Source: an uncultured Gammaproteobacteria bacterium (lineage in GTDB: Bacteria; Patescibacteriota; Microgenomatia; Daviesbacterales; UBA10151). Taken from it: a stretch of 64,000 nucleotides of DNA. The stretch covers positions 8,500-72,499 of the forward strand of contig CAZKCV010000002.1 in NCBI GenBank assembly GCA_964551605.1, written 5' to 3'. The notes below the pieces were generated by a model. That model had not been told where the DNA came from, searched no databases, and was given only the letters and a program-made list of their open reading frames with translations. Positions 19,673-29,600 of the stretch are shown here, one piece after another. Position numbers and translations under genes: made by a program. Every line of letters begins with the position of its first letter. Position 1 is the first letter of the stretch.

Positions 19673-20614
19673 ATGGATGCACTGCCCGAAATTTTTGACA
19701 CCATCATTATTGGCGGAGGAGCTTCAGGGACTTCAGCTGCAATTTATACTGTCAGGAAAAACCTAAAAGTTTTAATGCTGACTAAAGACCTGGGTGGTCA
19801 GGCAGCTTTGTCCGGAGATGTAGAAAATTACCCGGGCTACAGTATGATTTCCGGTGAAGAGCTGGCCAGAAAATTTAGAGCAGAGCTTTTAAACTTTGAA
19901 GGCCGGGGACTTTGGGTTAAAGACGGGGTGGAAGTTACTGATATATCCGGACAAGTGCCGAATTTTTTAGTTAAGACTTCTAAGGGAGAAGAATTTCACT
20001 CAAAAACCGTAATTATAGCTTCCGGTAGAACCCCCCGGATGCTCGGGATTTCCGGGGAAAAAGAACTTTTAGGCAGGGGTGTCAGCACTTGTGCCACTAA
20101 TAACTCCCCTTTTTTCAAAGATAAAGATGTGGCTGTGGTAGGTGGCGGAAACTGTGCTTTGGATGCGGCATTTTCCCTTATCAAAGTAGCCCGTTCCGTT
20201 ACCATTATCAATATTACAGATTCCCTAAAAGGTGATGAAGTGTTATTGAAGAATGTTACTTCTTCTGAAAAGGTAAAGGTTTTAAATGATCATGAAGCAG
20301 TGGAAGTTTTAGGTGAAGCATCCGTTGGAGGCATTAAAGTCAGAAGTAAATTAACTCAAAAGGAAGAGGTGCTGCCGGTATCCGGGGTATTTATTGAGAT
20401 TGGTTGGATTCCCTCAGCCCCCTTTGATAAGTTAACTGAAAAAAACGAAAAAGGGGAAATTAAAGTTGATCAATTCGGTGCAAGTTCCTTACCCGGTATT
20501 TTTGCCTGCGGAGATATTAATGATCAGGCCGGTGAACAGATTGTAATTGCTGCCGGAGAAGGTGCAAAAACCGGTTTAAAAGTGGCAGAATATATCTCCA
20601 AGCTTCCGGTTTAA
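19673..20614 (+). CDS. FAD-dependent pyridine nucleotide-disulfide oxidoreductase (thioredoxin-reductase-like, no canonical CxxC)
   Basis: IIIGGGASGTSAA, GGGNCALDAA, CGDIND motifs. The TrxB CATC redox motif is degenerate (CATN). Confidence 0.65.
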   Translation: MDALPEIFDTIIIGGGASGTSAAIYTVRKNLKVLMLTKDLGGQAALSGDVENYPGYSMISGEELARKFRAELLNFEGRGLWVKDGVEVTDISGQVPNFLVKTSKGEEFHSKTVIIASGRTPRMLGISGEKELLGRGVSTCATNNSPFFKDKDVAVVGGGNCALDAAFSLIKVARSVTIINITDSLKGDEVLLKNVTSSEKVKVLNDHEAVEVLGEASVGGIKVRSKLTQKEEVLPVSGVFIEIGWIPSAPFDKLTEKNEKGEIKVDQFGASSLPGIFACGDINDQAGEQIVIAAGEGAKTGLKVAEYISKLPV

Positions 20615-21333
20615 CGGACTACCACTCTGGTACCCGGATTTTCCGGGGTAGCCCGGACAGTATTTTGTCCTTCCGGCACCACCGGGCCGGCCCAGGCAAA
20701 AAGCTGGGCAACTGAGGCCAGTGGAGAGTTAACACAGCCGTGGCTCATGGGATGACCGAAATTATTGTGCCAATAAGCCCCATGGATTGCATAACCTCTG
20801 TGGAAAAACATATTATTGGGAACATTAGGAAGGTTGTAGTAAGTGCCCAATTCTTTTGAGCCGCCTTCCATTTTTTGATTGCGGGTTTTATACCAGATGT
20901 TAAAAGAGCCTTTTGGGGTCGGAGACCAGAGGCCGGAAGAGATCGGGAATTCCATTATCAATCTATTTCCTTCCCATGCCCGGAGTTTTTGTTCTTCCAA
21001 AGAAACATCAATCCATTTTTCCTCACCTGCTTCATTGGTAGTACCCAGCACTGCTTCATCTAAATCAGGTTGTTCTGCCATAGCTTGGCTGTAGCTGTAG
21101 GCTAAGGAAGTTTTAGGATAGTCTATGACTTTGTTATTAAAAATAGCCACTGAAGCATCTTCATCAAACTCTCCGTTGGACTTTGCCACTGCTTCGCCGT
21201 TGCAGCATGAGGTAGTAGTATCCCCGGAGATATTTAATTTGTATACAATAGTCCTTTCAATTGATTGGAAATTAAATGAGATAAAAATAATAGCCGATAC
21301 TAAAAGTAAAAGAGGTATAAGACGGTGCAGCAT
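20611..21333 (-). CDS. L,D-transpeptidase (YkuD domain) with N-terminal membrane anchor
   Basis: Catalytic motif HGAYWHNNFGHPMSHGCVN. Start placed at internal Met (MLHRLIPLLLLVSAIIF). The 208 aa the track adds upstream are antisense to dacA and low-complexity. Confidence 0.65.
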   Translation of the reverse strand: MLHRLIPLLLLVSAIIFISFNFQSIERTIVYKLNISGDTTTSCCNGEAVAKSNGEFDEDASVAIFNNKVIDYPKTSLAYSYSQAMAEQPDLDEAVLGTTNEAGEEKWIDVSLEEQKLRAWEGNRLIMEFPISSGLWSPTPKGSFNIWYKTRNQKMEGGSKELGTYYNLPNVPNNMFFHRGYAIHGAYWHNNFGHPMSHGCVNSPLASVAQLFAWAGPVVPEGQNTVRATPENPGTRVVVR

Positions 21334-21433
21334 AAGATTAGCGTGCCGTCTATCACACTGATTACATTGTGAAGCAGTTTGAATATAGCAGTCAAGAGGG
21401 AACTTGTGATATTTGATATGATTAGAAATCCTG

Positions 21434-22351
21434 ATGAAAAAATTTACTGTTTTGGTAAGTATCTTAATGACTTTAGTGGGAGCCGCAGTTATATATATCC
21501 CCTTCAACAAAAAGCCGCTGCAGTTGGTTTCGCCGCTTATTAAACAGGAAAATATTTTAGGGATAAACCAATGGTTTCCGGGAAATTCGAGAGAAGCAAG
21601 TATTGATGGTTTGCAGATTACTGCTAAAGCAGCCTTATTTGTGGAGACTAAAACAGGACAAGTCTTATTTGCCAAAAACCCTAGAGAAAAATTGCCAATT
21701 GCCTCTTTAGCGAAGGTGATGACTGTCCTAGTGGCACTGGAGAATAAAAAAATGGATGAAAAATACCTGGTTTCAGAGCGGGCAGCAGGAATGGAGCCGG
21801 ATAAAATGCTTCTGATTGCCGGGGAGAAGTTAACCTTAAAAGAACTCCTGGATGGGATTTTCCTGATTTCTGCCAATGATGCGGCAGAAGTTTTAGCAGA
21901 AGAAACTACCGGAGACAGAGATGAATTCTTAAGGCTGATGAATGATAAGGCCAAACAATTAGGGATGAAAGATAGTTATCTTGTAAACCCTACCGGGTTG
22001 GATGAGGATACCGGAAGTTCATATTCAACGGTTTATGATTTGGCTGTCTTAACCAGGTTTCTGATCCGCCGTTTTCCGGAGGTGGTAGAGATATCCAGGC
22101 AGGAACATATCTTCTTACCCCAGACAGAGGAGCATCAGGATTATGATATGTATTCCGGGATTAACCTTTTAACTACTTATCCGGGAGTGGTGGGTTTTAA
22201 AACCGGTTTTACCCCGGAGGCCGGTTTAACTTTAATTACTTTAGCCAGGAAAAATAACCATGAAGTCATAGGGGTACTTCTTGGGTCACAGTCCAGAAGG
22301 GACGAAGCCAGGGAGTTATTGGATTATAGTTTCAAAAAGCTCGGTTTGTAA
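21434..22351 (+). CDS. D-alanyl-D-alanine carboxypeptidase (PBP5/DacA family, S11)
   Basis: Signal/TM, SxxK motif (SLAKVMT), SAND-like region (ISANDAAEVLAE). Confidence 0.75.
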   Translation: MKKFTVLVSILMTLVGAAVIYIPFNKKPLQLVSPLIKQENILGINQWFPGNSREASIDGLQITAKAALFVETKTGQVLFAKNPREKLPIASLAKVMTVLVALENKKMDEKYLVSERAAGMEPDKMLLIAGEKLTLKELLDGIFLISANDAAEVLAEETTGDRDEFLRLMNDKAKQLGMKDSYLVNPTGLDEDTGSSYSTVYDLAVLTRFLIRRFPEVVEISRQEHIFLPQTEEHQDYDMYSGINLLTTYPGVVGFKTGFTPEAGLTLITLARKNNHEVIGVLLGSQSRRDEARELLDYSFKKLGL

Positions 22352-22603
22352 CGTTCCACGGCCGTTGCATGTTATGTAAACTGCACCCTACATAAAACTC
22401 CACGATCGTTACAAATAATGTAGGGGAGGTTAGGGATTGGAAATTGTTTTGGGAGAGTAGTATGCTTTAGGTATGATTAAAATGGTAAAGGAAGGCTTTA
22501 GGGTAGTGGCGGAAAGCGGCAGGAATATGGGGACTTATTCAACTAAAGAACAGGCGGAAAAAAGGTTAAGACAAATTGAAATGTTTAAACACATGAAGAA
22601 AAA

Positions 22604-22864
22604 ATGAAAAGATTTTTGGTCACTTTGGGGTTAAGTGTGGTGGTATGGTTGGTAAGTGGTATTGTGCAATTATTGATTCAGAAAGATACTGTTTCTGGTT
22701 TCTTCTCCTTTGGTGGTTCTTGTGAGATAACAGGCTACCCTATTGCTTTGTGTATTTCGAGTCATGATCAAACAAAGTTTATTCTAATTTCAATAACTAA
22801 TATAGTGTTGTGGTTTTGGGTAATTCATCTATTTTGGAATTGGTTTGAGAAGCGTCGTAATTAA
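22604..22864 (+). CDS. small membrane protein, hypothetical
   Basis: 86 aa, two hydrophobic segments, no homology recognised. Confidence 0.3.
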   Translation: MKRFLVTLGLSVVVWLVSGIVQLLIQKDTVSGFFSFGGSCEITGYPIALCISSHDQTKFILISITNIVLWFWVIHLFWNWFEKRRN

Positions 22865-25801
22865 ACAAAGCGAGGCCAGTGTGATTACGCCCCCGGAAAT
22901 CAGCATTAATCCTCCAAGAATTTGATCTACAAAATCTGTTTTAGTGGGAGTTAATTTTTTCTGCTGATCCAGCAAGCCGGAAACATTAATCTCGTCTGAA
23001 ATATGGCCGGGGTTTGGGAAATTAACACCTAAAATGTTGGGGTTGTCGTTCTGAGGAGCTGAAAGTATACTGGTTTGGTTGTCTGAGTTCACCCCGGGGG
23101 TGGGCTTTGACTCCCCCGGGGTGGTTGATGCACTGTTGGTGTTTGAAGTAGTAGAAGATGTAGAGTTAGAAGAGCTGCCGGAAGTAGTTGAAGTTACGGG
23201 AGCAGCTATCTGTATAGTAATAGTTTGCGGTATTTCTTCGTTACCTAAATTATCAATGGCTTTAATTTGTATATTAGTAGTACCTGGAGTAGAAATAGTA
23301 AATGGTTCAGTGTAAGTCAGGACTGTTTGGCCATTATCCAGGCTGTATTCAATTTTTAAGATCCCGGATTCGGCATCACCGCCGCTTAGGGTAATAGCGA
23401 CCGGGCCGGTATAAATTCCGGAAGAATTTTGTGTACCGGAAATTTGGATATTAGTTGCCGGCGGGGTTTGGTCGGTGGCAGGTCCCCCGCTTACTTCACT
23501 GGTCGGATCAATTAAACTGTTTTCCGGTTTTGTATCATCAGGGTAAAAAGTTAAAGATGGGGAGCTGTCAAGCGCCGGATCCAGGTCAAATTCAATTTTA
23601 CCTTTATTATCTAAAGTAATGTCTTTATAAATAGTGGTTTTAGAAATTTTATCTGCCTTGTATGTGCGCTTTTTAATGGTAGTTTTCTTACTGGTAGTGG
23701 CCGGGTTTTTGCGGGTAGCTTTAACTTTGACTTTGGCAGCTCTCTTTTTGACAAAAGCATGTTTGGTATTACCGGAAGTTGTACATGATACATCAGGGAT
23801 ATTTTCTTCCATCTCCCCGTTAGAATTTAATCCGCAGTGGCGATTTTGGTCATCATATAAATCAAGTTCCCCGTCATCTAAGGAAATTTGTTCGCCTTCC
23901 AAATATATTTTTTCCTCTTTTACTTCTACAGGCAGGGAATTGTCATTATCCAGAATTGACCTGACAGTCTGCATAGCAGTGCCGCTACTGGATACTAAGT
24001 CAGAATGTTTTTGCTCTACATAATAAATCTTAAATGCGCCGGAAATATCCAATGAATCGTTTTTAAGCGAGGCACTATATAAGGGGACTGTATCGTCGCC
24101 ATTAATAAATATTTCATCCCTTTTGGGTATTAGATTAACCGGCCAGGTAATCCACCAGGTCTCGTGAATCTGGCCAAGGGTAGGTTGGGCCGTGCCTACT
24201 ATTTCATAAATTGTTGTACCATTTGCCTGATTAAATAAAGAATCAATTAAAGCATGAAAAGATTCTCCGATATCAAATACTGTCATGTTGCTGCCGAGAT
24301 TAGATAGAAGTGTTTTGAGTTGGTTGAAATTTAAATCTCCTACGATATTATTGCTGTCAATATCACGATCATCTTTGTAAGGATAAGGGAGATCTATATC
24401 TGAATTATTGTAGAAGTCGTAATATTTTGCAGAAGGAATTAAGGAATGGTGTGCTGGGAAGTTTTGTAAGACATCTTTAACCTCATTTCCGTTTACACCG
24501 ATATTAATAATTTTAAAATACCATCGACCAACGGGTTCCCCGTAAACTAGAGCTTTAAGTCCACTGGTCGCGCCCAAATGTGGGACTCCTAATTCAATTA
24601 ACAGATTAACTTTAGCTGCTTTATTTGTGTCTGAAATATAATATCTGGCAACAAGGCCTCCCATAGAATGGACTACCAAATTTACCTGGGATTGGCCTGA
24701 AACTGTTTTAGCTGTTTCAATTAAGGCATCCAAACTATCCCTGCTGTTCCTGACATCCTTTCTCCAGTCATATGGGAAAACAAAAAAATTTGTATTTTTA
24801 ACATACCCCATGTCAGTAAAGAATGAATCTATATCCGAATACCCAAAGGAGGTTAAATCTCCGGTTAAGGTTAAATCCGCTTCCGGAGTTTCCCCATCTG
24901 CTTTTAACTTCAAAATATCAAAGTAATCATCATTCCCTAATTCTGCAGCTTTATCCTGATTAACCCAAATTTTTTCATTGCCGGCATAAGCATGGGAATA
25001 GATACCGCTATGCCCGTCATCTTTGGACCAGATAATATCCTGGGTGGCTTTCATTTCTGATCCTCCGATGCCGGGGATAAAAATTACCGGCAACCGGGGC
25101 GGCGGAGCATCATTATTTAGGATAAAAAATAAATCATCAGCAGCAGAAGTGAAAATATTGCAGCTTGAATTGGCGGTTTGTGAATTCCAAACGTAATTTG
25201 CGGGATTACAGGTTCCGTTATCAAATGAGTAACGGCTCCCCCCACCCGTAAACCTGTCAGATCCCCCGTGGCCGCCGTTACCATAAGCAGCAGTAGCAAA
25301 TTTAATTCTTTTTCCGCCGGAAGAAGGCCTATTGGCATTTGTAATCAGTATTAAATACCGGTGCCCGGGGATAAAACTATAATTCCGGCAGCTAAAATCT
25401 ATAGTTACATCCTCAAAGCCGGCAGGGACACCTTCTGTAGTAAAAGTAAGACCTCTTAAGGGATCTAAAGGATTTATGCCGGAAGGGACGCAGCCTAATA
25501 TATTGGAATTACTATTATCTTTATCATAAATACGGGCATTTTCAGCCGTAAAATCAAACTGGTTTAAGTTAGTAGAGGTAGTAGCAACCCGGAAAGTAAA
25601 AGACTCTGCAGTGCCGGATAAATTAGTTCCCAGTTCCTGGATAATCCGCCAGCTGTTTAGCTCGTCACTCCAGGCGCCGGTTTGCTCTGCAATGGAAACT
25701 GCCTGAGCTTGCGGGACAAAAGCCATGAGAAGCCACGTTATAAGGATAGGCCCTATCAACAGGCAAAACGGCAGTTTAGTATTCACTTTTAATTTAAGCA
25801 A
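22829..25801 (-). CDS. membrane-anchored secreted lipase/acyltransferase (alpha/beta hydrolase, LCAT/PGAP1-like) with Ig-like domains and Ser/Thr-rich stalk
   Basis: 990 aa with a signal peptide. Motifs YDWR and nucleophile elbow VVHSMGGLVARYY. Ig-like repeat region, S/T-rich linker, C-terminal TM helix. Confidence 0.65.
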   Translation of the reverse strand: MLKLKVNTKLPFCLLIGPILITWLLMAFVPQAQAVSIAEQTGAWSDELNSWRIIQELGTNLSGTAESFTFRVATTSTNLNQFDFTAENARIYDKDNSNSNILGCVPSGINPLDPLRGLTFTTEGVPAGFEDVTIDFSCRNYSFIPGHRYLILITNANRPSSGGKRIKFATAAYGNGGHGGSDRFTGGGSRYSFDNGTCNPANYVWNSQTANSSCNIFTSAADDLFFILNNDAPPPRLPVIFIPGIGGSEMKATQDIIWSKDDGHSGIYSHAYAGNEKIWVNQDKAAELGNDDYFDILKLKADGETPEADLTLTGDLTSFGYSDIDSFFTDMGYVKNTNFFVFPYDWRKDVRNSRDSLDALIETAKTVSGQSQVNLVVHSMGGLVARYYISDTNKAAKVNLLIELGVPHLGATSGLKALVYGEPVGRWYFKIINIGVNGNEVKDVLQNFPAHHSLIPSAKYYDFYNNSDIDLPYPYKDDRDIDSNNIVGDLNFNQLKTLLSNLGSNMTVFDIGESFHALIDSLFNQANGTTIYEIVGTAQPTLGQIHETWWITWPVNLIPKRDEIFINGDDTVPLYSASLKNDSLDISGAFKIYYVEQKHSDLVSSSGTAMQTVRSILDNDNSLPVEVKEEKIYLEGEQISLDDGELDLYDDQNRHCGLNSNGEMEENIPDVSCTTSGNTKHAFVKKRAAKVKVKATRKNPATTSKKTTIKKRTYKADKISKTTIYKDITLDNKGKIEFDLDPALDSSPSLTFYPDDTKPENSLIDPTSEVSGGPATDQTPPATNIQISGTQNSSGIYTGPVAITLSGGDAESGILKIEYSLDNGQTVLTYTEPFTISTPGTTNIQIKAIDNLGNEEIPQTITIQIAAPVTSTTSGSSSNSTSSTTSNTNSASTTPGESKPTPGVNSDNQTSILSAPQNDNPNILGVNFPNPGHISDEINVSGLLDQQKKLTPTKTDFVDQILGGLMLISGGVITLASLCLITTLLKPIPK

Positions 25802-25920
25802 ATTGTTGATCGTGAAAAAGGGTAATGCAATATATCTTTAAGATGATTAAAGGTAACAAACAAATACAGTTCCAGAGGTGTTGCAAAACGAGTTCCCGAA
25901 GTGGTATATACTTTGGACAG

Positions 25921-26601
25921 ATGTTTACCAACCAGAAAGTTCTAGGGATGATTCTGATTACCTTTATTATCGGAGCCGGGATCTATTTTACTGTTGCCAA
26001 ATTTAAGCAGGATTTAAGCGAGGTTAAAGCTTCACCTTCACCTTCTCCTACTCCTTTGGATTTTTCTTTAACTAAATCGCCGCAGCCGGGAACAGGGCAA
26101 GGAGAACCGCAGGAGCTGCCGCTTTCCCGGGATAAAAAGTTATCCCAATTTCCCGGTATTTTAAAGCCGGAAGATTTACAGAACAAGAAAGCCCTGATCC
26201 AAACCTCCAAAGGCCTCATCCAGCTTAAGATTTATCCCGAAGCTTCCATGGCAGCTTCCAATTTCATAATTTTATCTGCTAATGGGTTTTATGACGGTTT
26301 GACTTTCCACCGGATAGAGGATTGGGTAGTCCAGGGCGGTGATCCGGAAGGTACCGGCAGGGGAGGCCCGGGGGATCAATTCCCTGATGAGTCGGTAACT
26401 AGGTCGTATGTAAGGGGGATTGTAGCCATGGCCAATTCCGGCCCGGATACCAACGGCAGCCAATTTTTTATTCTTAAGAAAGATACCCCCCTGCCACCTA
26501 ACTACACTATCTTTGGCCAAGTCATCTCCGGCCAGGAGGTAGTGGATAAAATCACTGTGGGCGATGTTATGCAGAAAGTAATCATCCAACCTGTCCGGTA
26601 A
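25921..26601 (+). CDS. peptidyl-prolyl cis-trans isomerase, cyclophilin type, membrane-anchored
   Basis: Cyclophilin motifs (FHRIEDWVVQGGDP, MANSGPDTNGSQFFI). Start at 25921 (MFTNQKVLGMILITF TM anchor) preferred over 25825. Confidence 0.7.
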   Translation: MFTNQKVLGMILITFIIGAGIYFTVAKFKQDLSEVKASPSPSPTPLDFSLTKSPQPGTGQGEPQELPLSRDKKLSQFPGILKPEDLQNKKALIQTSKGLIQLKIYPEASMAASNFIILSANGFYDGLTFHRIEDWVVQGGDPEGTGRGGPGDQFPDESVTRSYVRGIVAMANSGPDTNGSQFFILKKDTPLPPNYTIFGQVISGQEVVDKITVGDVMQKVIIQPVR

Positions 26602-26654
26602 TTTTAGGTCTTGACAGCCTTGCTCTGCCAGTTGATAGAATAGGTTTCCCTATT

Positions 26655-29600
26655 ATGAAGAAAAGAGCAGATACTACCTCACAAATTATCTCCTTGCCCC
26701 GAACCAGAGGCCGCAGAAAAACTAACGGAGAACACCGTACTAATGGTTTAGATGCAAACGGCCGCAGCTTTGAAACCAGGTTCATGTCCCGTTATAAAAA
26801 AATCCCCTCCCTGCCTGCAGGTTTGCCCGTACCCACTTTTTCCGAAAGCTCCAATAAAATCCTGCAGGAGCGCTACCTTTTAAAAGGCGGCAACTTAGAG
26901 ATAGTAGAAACCATATCCGAGCGGTTTTGGCATATTGCCTATGATATTGCTTCCGGAGACTTTGATTTTAATGTAGCGGAAAAGCAGGTTTCTGATCTGG
27001 CCAAGAAGTTTTATTCCATGATGGTCCATCAGGAATTTTTGCCTAATTCCCCGACCATTATGAATGCCGGAAAACAAAACGGCCTGCAATATTCTGCCTG
27101 TTTTGTATTGCCGGTTGGTGATTCCTTGCCGGAGATTTTTGATTCCATCAAATATGCGGCTTTAATTCACCAGACAGGTGGCGGAACCGGGTTTGCTTTC
27201 TCACGTCTTAGGCCGGCCGGCTCGATTGTCAATACTACCGGCGGAGTAGCTTCCGGACCGGTTTCATTTTTACGGGTTTTCAATGCGGCGACAGAATCCA
27301 TTAAGCAGGGCGGTACCAGAAGGGGAGCCAACATGGGTATTTTGCGGGTGGATCATCCGGATATCCTGGAATTTATCCGTTGTAAGGCCGAACTGGATGA
27401 TCTCAATAAGCCGATTTATGAAGGCATTGCCCCGCTTTTGCCTGACGACTCTGCACGGGAGTATGCAAAAACACTGCTTTTGGACAGACAAATTGCCAAT
27501 TTTAATGTTTCCGTGGCTGCCACCGATAAATTCATGCAGGCAGTTGACAAGGGCGGGGATTATGAATTGATAACTCCTCATAATGGCGAGGTGGTGGGAA
27601 AGCTCAACGCCCGGGAAGTCTTTGATGAGATAATTGAAAGGGCCTGGAAAACCGGTGACCCGGGACTCATTTTCATTGACCGGATTAATGATTCCCCTGC
27701 TAATCCGGTACCCTCCATGGAAACAATTGAAGCTACAAATCCGTGTGTAACCGGGGATGCTTGGGTTCATACTAATGTAGGACCGAGACAAGTATCTGAT
27801 TTAACCGGTAGGCCATTTTTAGCCAGAATTAATGGCCGTGATCATCTCTCCGGCTTGGAAGGATTTTTTAAGACCGGTACAAAAAAAGTCATTAATCTAC
27901 AGACAATTGAAGGGTATGGTCTGCGTTTAACTCCAGATCATTTAATAAGAAAAATTACTTGTGTTGGATCTGATCAGGTTGAATGGACTAAGGCGGGAGA
28001 ATTAAAGATTGGAGATTATATTGAGATAAATAACCATAGGGCAAATAGTCAATGGTCCGGAAAATATACATATAAAGAAGGATATCTCATTGGTTTGTTG
28101 GTGGGTGACGGGACATTGAAAGCAGATAAAGCTGTTTTGTCTGTGTGGGACACTTCTAAATTATCAACAGCAGTACAGCCTAGCGGTGCACAAAGCATGA
28201 TGCAATTTGCTCTTCAGAGTACTGATTCAGTACCCCATCGAAGTGATTTCTCTGGTTGGATGTTTTTGCCTGATAGGAATGAGTATCGGATGGCGCTTGG
28301 GTATGTAAAACATTTAGCTCATGAGTTAGGGATGTATCCGGGCAGAAAAACTATTACAAAAGAAATTGAGAAAGCCTCGAGCGATTTTTATAAAGGTTTT
28401 TTGAGAGGATTATTTGATACTGACGGTTCTGTACAAGGTTATGAAGGCGGACGTGTCAGTATCAGGTTAGCTCAATCTGATTTGCCACTGCTTCAGGCAG
28501 TTCAGAGAATGCTACTGCGTTTAGGGATTTTTTCCCATATTTTTCAGAATAGACGCAAAGCAGGCAAAAAATTGCTGCCCGATGGAAAAGGCGGTTATAA
28601 GGAATATCCGGTTAAAGCACAACATGAACTCTCAATCACCATGGATAACATAGAAGTTTTTAATGAATTAATTGGTTTTGCCAATAGTGAAAAGTCAACA
28701 AAATCAGCACAGAAAATAGCATCTCATAGTACTAGAGGTTTTTACAAACAAAAATTTGCAGCAAGGATAAAAAGTATCGAATTTGAATCTAAAGAGGATG
28801 TTTACGATGTTAGTATACCTAAAGTAAATTATTTTGATGCTAATGGAATAATAGCCCATAATTGTGGCGAGCAACCGCTGGCACCCTGGGATGCCTGTAA
28901 TTTAGGCTCCATTAATTTAGGGAAATTTGTCTATGCTGATGGTTCCGGTGTGGATTTTGAAAAGCTAAAACAGGCCACCCATTTGGCAGTTCATTTTCTG
29001 GACAATGTAGTGCAGACAAATCCTTTCACCCTAAAGCAAATTTATGATGAAGTGCGCCAAAACCGGAGAATCGGTTTAGGGGTAATGGGTTTTGCCGATA
29101 TGCTGTTTAAGCTAAAAACCCCCTATAATTCTGATGAGGCTCTTGAGCTGGCTGAAAAAATAATGCAGTTTATTAATGACGAGGGCCATAAAAAATCAGA
29201 AGAGTTGGCTAAAGAGCGGGGTGCCTTCCCGAACTGGGTACATTCTATCTACGCTGACAGGGAAGCTTCGGCTTTCAAGAACAGGCCGGCTGCCTATGCT
29301 TACCAGGGAGGAAGAAAAATCAGAAATTCTACCGTGACTACTATTGCTCCTACGGGTACGATTTCCATTATCGGAGACTGTTCATCCGGCATTGAGCCGG
29401 TCTTTGCTTTGGCCTATATTCACAAAGCTAAAGCCAAAGGAGATCAGTATCGAATTCTGACGATTGCCAACCAAACTTTTACGGATATTGCCAAAAGGGA
29501 AGGTTTTTATAGTGATGACCTGGCTGCAAAGGTGCTGGAACACGGGTCAGTCATCGGTGTAACTGAGATGCCGGAGCAGTGGCAAAAGGTGTTTGTAACG

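Noticed and set aside
21334-21954. Track extends the L,D-transpeptidase ORF 208 aa further upstream (to 21954)
   Set aside because: The extension is low-complexity, lies antisense to the start of dacA and to the divergent promoter region, and is followed by an internal Met with a clear TM anchor. Treated as chance open frame; CDS called 20611..21333.
22473-22568. Possible small ORF MIKMVKEGFRVV... upstream of the 22604 ORF
   Set aside because: Careful codon walk hits TAA after 31 codons. It has no supporting signals and is too short to call.
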